Assembly (NCBI GenBank): GCA_016744855.1
Contig: JADGDO010000004.1
Location: 99,006-163,005, forward strand
Length of the DNA stretch: 64,000 nucleotides
Source: Candidatus Fermentibacteraceae bacterium
GTDB taxonomy: Bacteria > Fermentibacterota > Fermentibacteria > Fermentibacterales > JCC-6
Reading direction: 5' to 3'
Within the stretch, counting starts at the first letter, position 1. Each line of letters opens with the position of its first letter. Under the pieces are notes generated by a model that worked only from the letters and a program-made list of their open reading frames with translations, had not been told where the DNA came from and searched no databases. A program made the translations under genes and the position numbers. Of the stretch, positions 37,798 to 47,957 are shown piece by piece.

Positions 37798-37808
37798 TAG
37801 GGGGTATC

Positions 37809-38249
37809 ATGAAAAAGACGATCCTGGCACTGGTTGTGCTGAGTGTGCTTATGTTGCTTGTTGGTTGTGATCCGTTTGGATCCGAGAAAGCTATGACTTA
37901 CATAACAGGCACCATCTACTCAGATTCCTTAATGACAGTTCCTGCAGAGGGAGTTGGAGTGGAGTTACTTGTTAATCAGGACAGTTCTGCAGTTAGGTCT
38001 CAGACTGTATTCACCAATTCTTCCGGTGTATTCTTTATGGATATTCAGTTCTATCCTTCTCTTCCTGACGAGGAAACCGGAACTGGTTACACTCTTCCGA
38101 GTACCACGACGGTGGGCTTAAAGGCTCACTATGGAGGCGTATACTACGAATACAAAAAAATTGATGACGGATTTATTCTTTCAGCAGGAGATACACTTGT
38201 TGTATGGCCTATAGATTTGTCTTCTTTTTCAGCTTCCGGAGGAAAATAA
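37809..38249 (+). CDS. Lipoprotein (hypothetical) embedded in the pil cluster
   Basis: Lipobox LLVGC after a signal peptide; 146 aa. Confidence 0.45.
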   Translation: MKKTILALVVLSVLMLLVGCDPFGSEKAMTYITGTIYSDSLMTVPAEGVGVELLVNQDSSAVRSQTVFTNSSGVFFMDIQFYPSLPDEETGTGYTLPSTTTVGLKAHYGGVYYEYKKIDDGFILSAGDTLVVWPIDLSSFSASGGK

Positions 38250-38300
38250 CAATGATGATCTTTGCATCGATAAAACAGGAATCTGGAAGGGAGGCAGGCA

Positions 38301-38858
38301 TTGGCTGTTGATTTTCGAGATCCTCGATTACTCAGGTTCATCATCGGGATCATCCTCCTCGGCGCCCTGGTTTTCAGCTATTTCAACTTCTTTGCAAATT
38401 CTGTAAGTGAAGAAATTGCGGATAGAGAACAGACACTTGAGATGAAGGAGCTGGAATACAGTCAACTTCAGGGGCAGACTACGGATGATCTGGCCATGAT
38501 GGGTCAGAGAATTGAGATGTATAACCAGGAGCTTGAGGAACTGGACAGATTTCTTCCACGCCAGTACGGCCAGGAGGAAATTCTCGAGATGCTTACCGAT
38601 TTTGCAGGCGGAAGTGGCCTGCAGGTAGTATCCCTTGTTCCTATGGCACCGGTAGTAGACAGTGAGTACCAGATTTATGACTGGCAGATAACATTGACAG
38701 GTAGGTTTCACAGACTAGGTGTTTTCTTTGATCAGTTGACTCAGCAGCCCATGATGAGTTCTGTAACAAACTTACAGGTTCATCAGTTAAAGGCAGCAGA
38801 AGGTAAATTCGATAACATAGAAACTACATTCACTTTCTCGGCATACATACAGCCGTAG
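38301..38858 (+). CDS. pilO: Type IV pilus assembly protein PilO
   Basis: N-terminal TM helix, coiled coil, C-terminal ferredoxin-like region; position between pilM/N and pilP/Q. Confidence 0.6.
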   Translation: MAVDFRDPRLLRFIIGIILLGALVFSYFNFFANSVSEEIADREQTLEMKELEYSQLQGQTTDDLAMMGQRIEMYNQELEELDRFLPRQYGQEEILEMLTDFAGGSGLQVVSLVPMAPVVDSEYQIYDWQITLTGRFHRLGVFFDQLTQQPMMSSVTNLQVHQLKAAEGKFDNIETTFTFSAYIQP

Positions 38859-38879
38859 TAAGGAAGGAGGAACAAAACG

Positions 38880-40289
38880 ATGTACAGAATTACCAGACTT
38901 ACAGCACTTACAGTTTTCCTCTTCCTGCTGCTTGCTGCAGGATGCGGAGAAGAAGCGGCAGAACAGGAAACCGCTGATGCTGGTTCAGTAACAGTTGAGA
39001 TTGCAGAGCAATCGCCTGTTACCGGATGGCTTGATGTGGTAATGCCCTCGGAAGCCGTTGCGATGGATGCCTGCGGAGAGAATCTTTGGATTCTAACTTC
39101 TGAAGGTATCGTTATGCGGTGGAACACGGTGGACGCTGAATGGTCAGCTGTCGAATCTGATATACCATTGGAATTGACTGACTTTGCCTTTGAAATAGTC
39201 GCAGTCGAAAATGGTTCAGCTGTTCTTTCGGAGAACTCTGTTGTCATTTTCACTGGTGACGAGGTAAGTAAAATTGAATTCGCTGACGGCTGCGACCCAG
39301 AAGCACTCTGTTCATCTGATACCAACGGAATAGCTGTTTTATTCAGCGATGGTTCTGTGGCTCTTGTTAATGAGACAGCAGATGAAATGGTTCAGATTGT
39401 TGAGCCTGCTGAAAAAATTGTTGCCGGTAGCTTCAGTCATGAGGGAAACCTTCTTGCCTGGCTGAACACTGACGGAACAATGAGCAGGTTTGACATCACA
39501 GAAAGTCTCTTGACTGACATGACTGTTCCGGAAAACACGATTAACATCACCCTTGAAGATGGCGACTCTTTCGCCTCTGACGGATCTCTTGTTTATCGTG
39601 CGAACAGTGATGGCGAATGGGCTGAACACTGTAACGGCAGTATTACCGGAGATAATCTTATCTACACTGACTTGGGTATAGCCTCACTGAGCTGTATTGA
39701 CCCAGTTACAGCAGGTCTCCCTGGTGTACCGATTAGAACCTGCCAGCTCGATGACGGTACCATCTGGTCAATCACCAGCGGAGGAGTAGCGGTTTGGGCC
39801 GAACTCGGTTGTGTTGAGACAAGACTACCCGATGCAGATGTTCAAATGATTAGATACAGAATGGCAGGCCAGACGGGTGGAGGATCCGCAAACGGCTCAG
39901 GTATTGCGGCATCAGATGCTTCTTTTGGTGGTGTTTTCAGGATTTATGAATCGGTTTCAAGTAGACCGGATCCATTCAGTGAGTTCCCTCTCTCCAGCAG
40001 AGATTTAAGGCGTTCTCTTGAGGATCTGACAATAGAAGAACTCCATCTGGTAGGAATAACTCTTGATCCTTCAGGAGGAGATCAGGCAATGGTTGAGGAT
40101 GCTAACGGAGTAGCTTATGTACTGAATGAGGGTACTGTGCTTCGTAACAACACTCATATTGCAGAGATAACAGGTAATGAAGTAATAGTTGTACAGGAAG
40201 TTACTGTCGGCACTGAGGATACACCCGGAGGTACCACATCGATACCTACGATATTCTCAATGCGACTCCATGAAGAAGGTGGTCTGTAA
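38880..40289 (+). CDS. PilP-like lipoprotein
   Basis: Lipobox LAAGC; the C-terminal beta domain ...AYVLNEGTVLRNNTHIAEITGNEVIVVQE resembles the secretin-binding PilP domain; immediately upstream of the secretin. Confidence 0.45.
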   Translation: MYRITRLTALTVFLFLLLAAGCGEEAAEQETADAGSVTVEIAEQSPVTGWLDVVMPSEAVAMDACGENLWILTSEGIVMRWNTVDAEWSAVESDIPLELTDFAFEIVAVENGSAVLSENSVVIFTGDEVSKIEFADGCDPEALCSSDTNGIAVLFSDGSVALVNETADEMVQIVEPAEKIVAGSFSHEGNLLAWLNTDGTMSRFDITESLLTDMTVPENTINITLEDGDSFASDGSLVYRANSDGEWAEHCNGSITGDNLIYTDLGIASLSCIDPVTAGLPGVPIRTCQLDDGTIWSITSGGVAVWAELGCVETRLPDADVQMIRYRMAGQTGGGSANGSGIAASDASFGGVFRIYESVSSRPDPFSEFPLSSRDLRRSLEDLTIEELHLVGITLDPSGGDQAMVEDANGVAYVLNEGTVLRNNTHIAEITGNEVIVVQEVTVGTEDTPGGTTSIPTIFSMRLHEEGGL

Positions 40290-42043
40290 TGCGTATGATC
40301 GCTTTGATCCTACTGGTACTGGCTGTGCCGGTTATGGCTTACCGGGTTACGGATATCTCGGTAGTGCCTAGCGGCGACCGTACCCAGGTGACCATTGTTA
40401 CCGATGGTCCCATCAGCTACGAGAAGTTTTTGCTTACCGATCCGATGAGAGTTGTTATTGATCTCGGAGATGCACTTCATGCTCTCCCGGCTACCGATTT
40501 TGCTGTTAGTAGGGGTGGTGTAAGTGCTGTTAGAACAAGTCAGTACAAGGCTCCTCCTGATGGCATCGTTAGAATTATTGTTGATGTTAACGGTGAGTTG
40601 ATGAACTACAGCACCTCTCTTCAAGAGAGCAACAGGTTAGTTCTGACACTAAGCACCGATCCTTCGGGAACACCTTTCACATCCTGGTCAGCATCTTCTC
40701 AGGAAGTATCTCAGGTTGTCACAGGGGGCAATGTTCCTGCATTGTCTAACCCCACAGGTGGAAATGAATCTGGCTCAACGTATGGTGTAACAACTGTAAC
40801 TCAGGGTATTCAGGTTTCTGAGCCTAACAGGCTTATTGAAGACGGATTCCCGGTAGAGTGGTCTGGTACGGGCGGTAGAAGAATAACAATAGACGTTGTT
40901 GATGCTGAAATCAGAACGGTAATGCGTTCAATTGCTGACGTCAGTGGCATGAACATTGTTATTCCTGAAGGTTATCAGGGAACTGTTACAGCAAGACTGC
41001 GCAATCTCGGATGGCGCGATGCTCTTGAGGCCATTCTAGATTCTCAGGATCTGATGGCAACAATGTCTGGAAACAACACACTCCGTATTTTGGCGCGTGA
41101 TGATTTCTACAATGAAATCAACCAGATGGCTGTAAGTGACTCTGAGCGTGAGAACCTGCAGGATCTTCTTACAGAGGTTTTCGTAATAAGGTATGCTCAG
41201 GCTGAGGATGTACAAAGTGCCACTCAATCAGTTCTTTCTGAGCGTGGTCAGATTTCTATCGACTCTAGAACAAATTCTCTGATAGTATCTGACATTCCAA
41301 GAAAGCTGAACGAGATTGGAAGACTTCTTCCTATTCTTGACAGCCCGACCGCCCAGGTAATGATCGAGGCAAAGCTTGTTGAGATTGACGCAACAGCGTC
41401 AAGAGAGTTCGGAATTGACTGGAGTGCAGGTAATCTGAGCCGTACAGACAACCTCACACACGCAGGGATGACTACGAACCTCGGTGTAGGTGCACCAACC
41501 GGTTCTGTTTCCTTCGGTCACATTACCGATATCCTCGATATTAATGCAACAATCAACTACCTCGAGCAGGAGAACAGGGCTCACATACTTTCCGAGCCCA
41601 GAATCGCTATCTGCGATAACATGACCGGTATGGTTATGAGTGGTAAGCAGATTCCACTTTCCCTGCAGGATGCAGACGGAAACACATATGTTCAGCTCTA
41701 CAACGTTGGAGTCAGCCTCACTGTTACTCCACACATCAACGCTGACAACAATGTTACTCTTGAACTGAACCCTGTTGTAAGCGACTTGTCAGGTGAAGCT
41801 ACCTCTCAGGAGCAGCCTATCTTCCTGACACAGGAAGCCCAGACAACGCTAATGATAGATGACGGTGCTACAGCAGTTATTGGTGGAATTATGAGAAGAA
41901 AAACTACTGAACTCGAGAAAAAGATTCCTATTCTCGGGCACATCCCTCTTCTCGGAGAGTGGCTGTTCACCTACACATCACAGAGTGATGAAACAAGTGA
42001 GCTGGTTATTTTCGTAACACCACACATTATCAGACCTTACTAA
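40289..42043 (+). CDS. pilQ: Type IV pilus secretin PilQ
   Basis: AMIN-like N-domain, then the secretin signature NRAHILSEPRIAICDNMTGMVMSGKQIP...VIGGIMRRK...IPILGHIPLLGEWLF...ELVIFVTPHII. Confidence 0.85.
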   Translation: MRMIALILLVLAVPVMAYRVTDISVVPSGDRTQVTIVTDGPISYEKFLLTDPMRVVIDLGDALHALPATDFAVSRGGVSAVRTSQYKAPPDGIVRIIVDVNGELMNYSTSLQESNRLVLTLSTDPSGTPFTSWSASSQEVSQVVTGGNVPALSNPTGGNESGSTYGVTTVTQGIQVSEPNRLIEDGFPVEWSGTGGRRITIDVVDAEIRTVMRSIADVSGMNIVIPEGYQGTVTARLRNLGWRDALEAILDSQDLMATMSGNNTLRILARDDFYNEINQMAVSDSERENLQDLLTEVFVIRYAQAEDVQSATQSVLSERGQISIDSRTNSLIVSDIPRKLNEIGRLLPILDSPTAQVMIEAKLVEIDATASREFGIDWSAGNLSRTDNLTHAGMTTNLGVGAPTGSVSFGHITDILDINATINYLEQENRAHILSEPRIAICDNMTGMVMSGKQIPLSLQDADGNTYVQLYNVGVSLTVTPHINADNNVTLELNPVVSDLSGEATSQEQPIFLTQEAQTTLMIDDGATAVIGGIMRRKTTELEKKIPILGHIPLLGEWLFTYTSQSDETSELVIFVTPHIIRPY

Positions 42044-42057
42044 AGTAGGGAAGGATA

Positions 42058-42606
42058 TTGCTTAGAATTGGACGGGGAATCTGGCGTGGCCAGGTTCTCC
42101 GTCCTGATTTAAAGGGAGTACGCCCGACCCCATCAAGAGTTCGCCAGGCACTCATTAACATTCTAATTGAAAGATTGCCCGGGGCTGTTGTGTGGGATCT
42201 GTTTAGTGGAAGCGGAGCGTTTGGAATTGAATGTGTAAGCTGTGGTGCAGAAAAGGCCGTTTTCATGGATAGTTCTCCTGTGAATTTAAGAAAGATAAAG
42301 ACGTTTTTTAAAGAAAGAAATTCTGAAGAGAAGTGTGTTACAGTAAAAGGAAAACTTCCTGGCTCATTCTCCAAACTAGTTTCTAAGGCAGATGTCGTTT
42401 TCCTCGACCCACCTTACAAAAATAGTGATATATATTCATGGATACTGGAAAACCGGTGGAATTCTTATGTAAGAGATGGCGGTGTTGTAATTGCAGAGTC
42501 CGGAGGATTCGAATTCGACTCCAGATGGCAGCATCGAAAGTATGGAGATACACACATACACATATTGGAAGTCAATCGTGAAAGTTGTTTACCCGGGAAC
42601 ATTTGA
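42058..42606 (+). CDS. rsmD: 16S rRNA (guanine966-N2)-methyltransferase
   Basis: RPTPSRVRQALINIL...DLFSGSGAFGIE...DVVFLDPPY motifs; TTG start. Confidence 0.8.
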   Translation: MLRIGRGIWRGQVLRPDLKGVRPTPSRVRQALINILIERLPGAVVWDLFSGSGAFGIECVSCGAEKAVFMDSSPVNLRKIKTFFKERNSEEKCVTVKGKLPGSFSKLVSKADVVFLDPPYKNSDIYSWILENRWNSYVRDGGVVIAESGGFEFDSRWQHRKYGDTHIHILEVNRESCLPGNI

Positions 42607-43066
42607 TCCAATAACTGCTGGGCATCTTGATATTATTAAACGAGCAGCAGGTATCTTTGAAGAGCTTGAAGTCGCAGTTGTAAACATTAGTTCCAAGTCT
42701 ATGATTTTTGATACTGAAGAACGAATAGCACTTGTAAGAAAGTCAATTGAAGAAGCAGAGATTACGGGAAGCATTGAGGTATGCTCTTTCGAAGGCATGC
42801 TTGTCGATTACATGCGCAGGCAGAATTATGAGCTTTTCATACGAGGTCTACGGGCAAATTCAGATTTTGAGTATGAGTTTCAAATGCAGCTTATGAACAG
42901 GAGACTAGCACCCAAAATCACCGGAATCTACATGATGCCTTCTGAGCACAACATGTACCTTTCTTCAACAGTTGTTAAAGAAGTGGCTAAATTTGAGGGA
43001 AACCTTAAGACTTTGGTCACCCCTTCCGTTGAGGAAGCACTTAAGCACTACTACCGGAGGAATTGA
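42578..43066 (+). CDS. coaD: Phosphopantetheine adenylyltransferase
   Basis: VVYPGTFDPITAGHLDIIKRA motif (T/HxGH nucleotidyltransferase); GTG start at 42578 overlapping the rsmD end. Confidence 0.8.
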   Translation: MKVVYPGTFDPITAGHLDIIKRAAGIFEELEVAVVNISSKSMIFDTEERIALVRKSIEEAEITGSIEVCSFEGMLVDYMRRQNYELFIRGLRANSDFEYEFQMQLMNRRLAPKITGIYMMPSEHNMYLSSTVVKEVAKFEGNLKTLVTPSVEEALKHYYRRN

Positions 43067-44235
43067 TGTATTACGCAAAAAATGCAGCATCTCTTGAAGG
43101 GTCCGCAACACTTATTTACACAGCCAAAGCCGCTTCGATGAAAGCTTCCGGTAAAGATATTATTTGTCTTACTGCCGGTCAGCCAGACTTTCCAACTCCG
43201 AAAGCAGCAATTGAGGCAGCCGAGAAAGCGATGGCTGAAGGAAAGACGCTCTATACCCCGAGTATGGGAATTGCTGAGCTTAGACAAGCAGTTGCCTCTC
43301 GTTGGTCTACATTTCACAACCAGAATTATAAAATAGAGAACACAATGGTATCCTGTGGAGCCAAACACAGCATTGCGAATATGCTTGAAGCAGTAGTTTC
43401 GCCCGGTGACAAGGTTTTACTTCCCAAACCATTCTGGGTTAGCTATCCTCAGATGGTAAGACGTCTGGGTGGTATTTCTGTCTACCCCGAGGGCGGTCAG
43501 ATGCTTATTACCGGTGATGACATCCGCAAAGCTGCAGCAGATGGTGCAAAGGGTATGATTTTTAATTCACCCTGCAACCCTTCCGGCCTCGTTAATACTA
43601 TGGAAATGATTAAGGATGTTGCCGCTGCTATAAAGGAAACAGGTTTTTGGGTGATATCTGATGACATATATGAGGATCTTTACTACGGCCCGGGAAAGGT
43701 ACCTCATATATTGACAGCTGACCCGGATCTTAAGGATCAAGTTGCCCTTATTACAGGAGTATCTAAGACATACGCCATGACTGGATGGCGGATCGGCTTC
43801 GCGCTTGCAAACCCTGAGTGGATAAAAATTGCCGGCAGGATTCAGGCTCATACTACATCCAATCCATGTTCCGTCTCCCAGTATGCTGCGCTTGCAGTGG
43901 TGGAAGGAAAGGCAGAAGAGGATAGAGTCTTCATGTACAATGCTTTCAAACGGAGACGTGATCTTATCTGTGAGTTGCTTGGAGAAATCCCAGGTCTTGC
44001 ATTTGATAAACCTGAGGGTGCATTTTATGTTTATCCCCGTATTGTAGCAGACAAACCAATAAGCTCAGAACAATTTTGCATCTCTCTTCTTGAAAATGGA
44101 GGGCTTGGAACTATCCCGGGAAGTGCTTTTGGAAACGAAGGATACATAAGGCTTTCCTTTGCGGCTTCAGATGATGATATTGTAGAAGCGGTGAAAAGAT
44201 TGAACAGTTTTTTAGAACGGGGTGATTTCAAATGA
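43063..44235 (+). CDS. Class I/II PLP-dependent aminotransferase (aspartate aminotransferase-like)
   Basis: Fold-type I aminotransferase motifs: SPCNPSG, GVSKTYAMTGWRIGF (PLP Lys in SKT); 390 aa. Confidence 0.75.
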   Translation: MMYYAKNAASLEGSATLIYTAKAASMKASGKDIICLTAGQPDFPTPKAAIEAAEKAMAEGKTLYTPSMGIAELRQAVASRWSTFHNQNYKIENTMVSCGAKHSIANMLEAVVSPGDKVLLPKPFWVSYPQMVRRLGGISVYPEGGQMLITGDDIRKAAADGAKGMIFNSPCNPSGLVNTMEMIKDVAAAIKETGFWVISDDIYEDLYYGPGKVPHILTADPDLKDQVALITGVSKTYAMTGWRIGFALANPEWIKIAGRIQAHTTSNPCSVSQYAALAVVEGKAEEDRVFMYNAFKRRRDLICELLGEIPGLAFDKPEGAFYVYPRIVADKPISSEQFCISLLENGGLGTIPGSAFGNEGYIRLSFAASDDDIVEAVKRLNSFLERGDFK

Positions 44236-44642
44236 TCGTAACGTGCCCTAATTGCAGTAAGAAGTACCAGATTTCAGAGGAGAAGCTTGCAGGCAAATCC
44301 AGAAGACTCAGATGCAAGAACTGCCGTGAAGTGTTTATTATTCACCCACCAAAGAGTGAGCCGGCAACACCAGTTGCAGCTATAGATGAACGAGCTGCCA
44401 GGTTTGCAAGGGTACTTTCTTCAGATATGCTTATATACAATAAAGATACAGTGGAGGAAGCCCGAAATGAAGGCAACCTTTCTGAAACTATGGCTGGAGA
44501 AATTGAACGATCATGGCAACTCTGGAAGAGCAGATTTCCGGAAGCAGCGGGAAGTGAAGATGGTGTTAGTGTTTTCCGCAACTCCCTGAAAGACATTCTT
44601 GCAGGAGGAGATGACCAGTTCGACGACTGGAAGCCCGAGTAA
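44232..44642 (+). CDS. MJ0042-type zinc-ribbon domain protein
   Basis: N-terminus MIVTCPNCSKKYQISEEKL...LRCKNCREVFII. Confidence 0.6.
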   Translation: MIVTCPNCSKKYQISEEKLAGKSRRLRCKNCREVFIIHPPKSEPATPVAAIDERAARFARVLSSDMLIYNKDTVEEARNEGNLSETMAGEIERSWQLWKSRFPEAAGSEDGVSVFRNSLKDILAGGDDQFDDWKPE

Positions 44643-45221
44643 TTAGAATTCTGCTATTTCTCTTCTAAGGCATCTGAAAATAATGTGTGTCAAAATCATG
44701 TGGACATCCTCAATCTGCTGCATGTCTTTGGATGGTACCACTATTGCGTCATGAGCGGCGTGGAGTGCATTACCACCGTCGAAACCGGAGAAAAGGACAG
44801 ATATTGCACCTGCATCATTTGCTACATGAAAAGCATTTATCACGTTGGGGCTCATACCGCTGCCCGACAGTCCTATAACAACATCATTCTCCTCTACAAG
44901 GTTTTTAAGTTGTTCCCCAAAAGTATTGGTGTAATCTGTATCATTTGCCCAGGCAGTAAGCAGTGGCATGTTTTCTGCAAGAGATATCGCCTTTAACCTC
45001 GGCTTCCCTTCGGTTATTGTTCCTTTTGCAAGATCACAGACAAAATGTGCACTTGTCGAGCTGCCGCCGCCATTGCCGAAAACAAAAACCCTGTTTCCGC
45101 TTTTATATGCCCTGAAAATCACTGATGTTATTCTCTCCACAGCCTCTGAAGGAATCTTCAATACAAGCTTACTTACTTCATCCAGGTATTTTTCAATCCT
45201 TGTAACCATTATCATCTCCAA
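44643..45221 (-). CDS. gmhA: Phosphoheptose isomerase (SIS domain)
   Basis: VFVFGNGGSSTSAHFVCDL...VVIGLSGSGMSPNV motifs of the GmhA/SIS family. Confidence 0.8.
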   Translation of the reverse strand: MEMIMVTRIEKYLDEVSKLVLKIPSEAVERITSVIFRAYKSGNRVFVFGNGGGSSTSAHFVCDLAKGTITEGKPRLKAISLAENMPLLTAWANDTDYTNTFGEQLKNLVEENDVVIGLSGSGMSPNVINAFHVANDAGAISVLFSGFDGGNALHAAHDAIVVPSKDMQQIEDVHMILTHIIFRCLRREIAEF

Positions 45222-46026
45222 GAAAACTCAGGTACTTGTCCTGTTGAACCGTGTTGCGCGAAATTCTCGTTCCGGCCAATATCAGGCAGTTCCTGAGGTT
45301 TGAGTTTTCTCCTACTTCTGAATTATCAAGTATAACACAGTTCTCAAGGATACATCCACTCCCGATTGTGCATTTTTTGCCAACCCAGAGAGTGCCTCTT
45401 ACGATGGTATCCTCCGGTATAGTACTGTTCAAAACGACACCCTTTTCCGGAAGAGGGAGGTGGGGCCAGGGCAATACTTCCCTGCACAAAACATTGTGGA
45501 TAGCCAGAAGATAGTTTTCTCTACTATCAGGACACCTCCAGTAACCGGGAAGATGGAGAGCATGTACCTTACCCTCAAGGGGGTGAAGGGGATTAAAATC
45601 TTCTTTGGCCACCCAGACTAATCCTGAAAAACACAGGTTTGTTTCAGCGTTTTCGGGAGGAGGGTTGTTCTCAACCTTTACTATTAGACCACTTGCGTCA
45701 GTTAGTATTGTTGTTCGCTCCCAGGGTTTTGATGAACAAGCCATTGAAACAGTTACATCAGCTCCCAGTGTTCTGGAAAAACGTCGTAGGTCGATCGGAG
45801 ATTGGCGGGTCAGTGAGCCGCTGTATGCTGCGAGCCATTCAGATCCGAGCTCAGCTTTCACTGACTCAAAATCACAGGAGACAACTCCTTCATGAATTTC
45901 CTCTGAATCACAAAAGATTTCCTTCACACCGGAGTTTTTCAAGTGAGATATAAGGTCTCTTAAGGGATCCGATCCGCAGATATCATGGAATGCAGCAGGA
46001 TTCCTCTCAAATATGAAACACTTCAT
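45193..46026 (-). CDS. Sugar-phosphate nucleotidyltransferase with left-handed beta-helix (HddC / mannose-1-P guanylyltransferase-like)
   Basis: The C-terminal hexapeptide repeats are readable; the N-terminal nucleotide-binding motif is degenerate; adjacent to gmhA. Confidence 0.45.
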   Translation of the reverse strand: MKCFIFERNPAAFHDICGSDPLRDLISHLKNSGVKEIFCDSEEIHEGVVSCDFESVKAELGSEWLAAYSGSLTRQSPIDLRRFSRTLGADVTVSMACSSKPWERTTILTDASGLIVKVENNPPPENAETNLCFSGLVWVAKEDFNPLHPLEGKVHALHLPGYWRCPDSRENYLLAIHNVLCREVLPWPHLPLPEKGVVLNSTIPEDTIVRGTLWVGKKCTIGSGCILENCVILDNSEVGENSNLRNCLILAGTRISRNTVQQDKYLSFLGDDNGYKD

Positions 46027-46955
46027 TTTTGGAACCTGGCGTATCTGATCAGTCCGTTTCCTTTACCGATAAGTCGAGCTGAATTGTATAGTAGCTGTTG
46101 AATTCCCATTCTGTAATAGAAAAACCTTGCCCAGCGCTCATAAAAATGACCCTTGTTGACAAGAGGAGGTTTGATGTGCCGTCTGATGGCCCCATAGTTA
46201 CCGCTCTGCTTTCTGAAAGTAGAGAAGCCTCCTTTTTTCATGAATGCTTCAAGTGTTTCCGGCCCAAAGAAATACAGATGGGCGGGGACAGCATCCGGAG
46301 TAATTGAACAGGGTTTCATTTTTTTCAGAAAAGCCTCAGCTCTTTCCTCCCAGTGAGTCAGTTCCCACGGGCATTGCACAACCAGTACACCATTTGGGGT
46401 CAGAATTCTTCCTATTTCAGCAAGGGTTTCAAAGGGTCTGTGGAGGTGTTCAAGAACATCAAGGAGTAAGACAACATCAAAGGCGTTATCATTGTAGCCT
46501 GCATCTTCGAGTTTACCGCAGTATACATCAAGACCTAGCTTCTCTGTTGCATATCCTGCTGCGAGAGGACTTACTTCGAGTCCCTTCACTTCCCACTTTT
46601 TAGCGCGAAGGTGGTCTAGAAGAAATCCGTGAGCACAACCAACTTCAAGAAGCCGATTATTGCCTCTAAAAGGCTCAATGTCCTGAGCTCTGCGATTAAA
46701 AAGCTTGGTGAATATGCTGTTGTATCTGTTGAAATTTTCTACATAGCCACCATAACCGACATCTGCATTATCATAATACTCACTGCTGTACAATTCTTCG
46801 AGGGCTGATTCAACCGGGCGGGATGAGAGATAAATAAAACCGCAGTGGCTACACCTTGCAACCGGCCAACTTCTCTGAACACTCAGAATTTCAGGTTCGT
46901 CATGACCGCATAGCATGCATTTAACAGTTTCTCTTGGAAAATCAGACCAGTTCAT
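46023..46955 (-). CDS. Class I SAM-dependent methyltransferase with N-terminal zinc ribbon
   Basis: CMLCGHD...CSHCGF ribbon, then LLEVGCAHGFLL motif I and VVLLLDVLEHL motif. Confidence 0.65.
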   Translation of the reverse strand: MNWSDFPRETVKCMLCGHDEPEILSVQRSWPVARCSHCGFIYLSSRPVESALEELYSSEYYDNADVGYGGYVENFNRYNSIFTKLFNRRAQDIEPFRGNNRLLEVGCAHGFLLDHLRAKKWEVKGLEVSPLAAGYATEKLGLDVYCGKLEDAGYNDNAFDVVLLLDVLEHLHRPFETLAEIGRILTPNGVLVVQCPWELTHWEERAEAFLKKMKPCSITPDAVPAHLYFFGPETLEAFMKKGGFSTFRKQSGNYGAIRRHIKPPLVNKGHFYERWARFFYYRMGIQQLLYNSARLIGKGNGLIRYARFQK

Positions 46956-47102
46956 TCAACCTCCGTAAAACCACCGTCAACCCCTTGACGATTTGTCAAG
47001 TATTGACAAATCGATTATCATTGGTGGAACCATTCCCGACTCGGGCAATATATAGGGCGAAAGCATTTTGAAAAATACGCGGTTTCGAAAGGCGGATGTA
47101 AT

Positions 47103-47945
47103 TTGGCCACCAGAAGAACAGAAGGACGCTCTCTAGAGCTCTATCTAAGAGAAATTGGTACTCGTGATACGCTTACTTCAGAGGAGGAAGCGAATCTTGC
47201 GCTACGGATCAGAGAGGGTGACCAGAGTGCACTGAATGAGCTAACCGAAGCAAACCTCAGATTCGTCGTGTCAATAGCAAAGCAGTATGCGAATCAGGGA
47301 GTCGCTCTCGAGGATCTTATTAATGAGGGTAACGTTGGCCTTATCAGAGCAGCTAAGGGTTTTGATGAAACCAAGGGCTGTCGTTTTATTACATATGCTG
47401 TATGGTGGATTAGACAGGCCATTCTTCAGGCACTCGCAGAGCAGTCGAGGATTGTTCGTCTTCCGTTGAACCGTGTTGGAGAGCTATACAAGATGGGTAG
47501 AGCAACAAGGGAGCTGGGGCATTCTCTCGGAAGAGACCCATCCACTGTTGAAATTGCCGGTGAACTTGATGTTTCCCGAGAGGAAGTAGAGGGTATGATG
47601 TCTATTCATAGTACTCATCTTTCTCTTGATAGCCCTGTTTATGAGGGCAGCGATAAAACATTCCAGGAGATGATAGCAGCTGAAGGGGGAGTTACTCCCA
47701 ATGAAGCTGTTCTTGTTGATGCTCTAAAAACCAGCGTAGATGATATGCTCAGTATTCTTGATCATCGCGAAAGAACCATTATTCAGCTTTTCTTCGGCAT
47801 TCAGACAGACAGACGTCACACACTGGCAGAAATCGGCAGAACCATGGGTATCAGCCGTGAAAGAGTCAGGCAGCTGAAGAACAGAGCCATTGCTAAACTT
47901 CATGAGTGCAGCGACAGCACAACTCTGCTTCATTTTTTGAAATAG
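47103..47945 (+). CDS. RNA polymerase sigma-70 family factor (RpoD/RpoS-like, groups 2-3)
   Basis: Region 2 (LRFVVSIAKQYANQGVALEDLINEGNVGLIRAAKGFD...RFITYAVWWIRQAI) and region 4 (TLAEIGRTMGISRERVRQLKNRAIAKL); TTG start. Confidence 0.8.
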   Translation: MATRRTEGRSLELYLREIGTRDTLTSEEEANLALRIREGDQSALNELTEANLRFVVSIAKQYANQGVALEDLINEGNVGLIRAAKGFDETKGCRFITYAVWWIRQAILQALAEQSRIVRLPLNRVGELYKMGRATRELGHSLGRDPSTVEIAGELDVSREEVEGMMSIHSTHLSLDSPVYEGSDKTFQEMIAAEGGVTPNEAVLVDALKTSVDDMLSILDHRERTIIQLFFGIQTDRRHTLAEIGRTMGISRERVRQLKNRAIAKLHECSDSTTLLHFLK

Positions 47946-47957
47946 AGCGGATAATAT

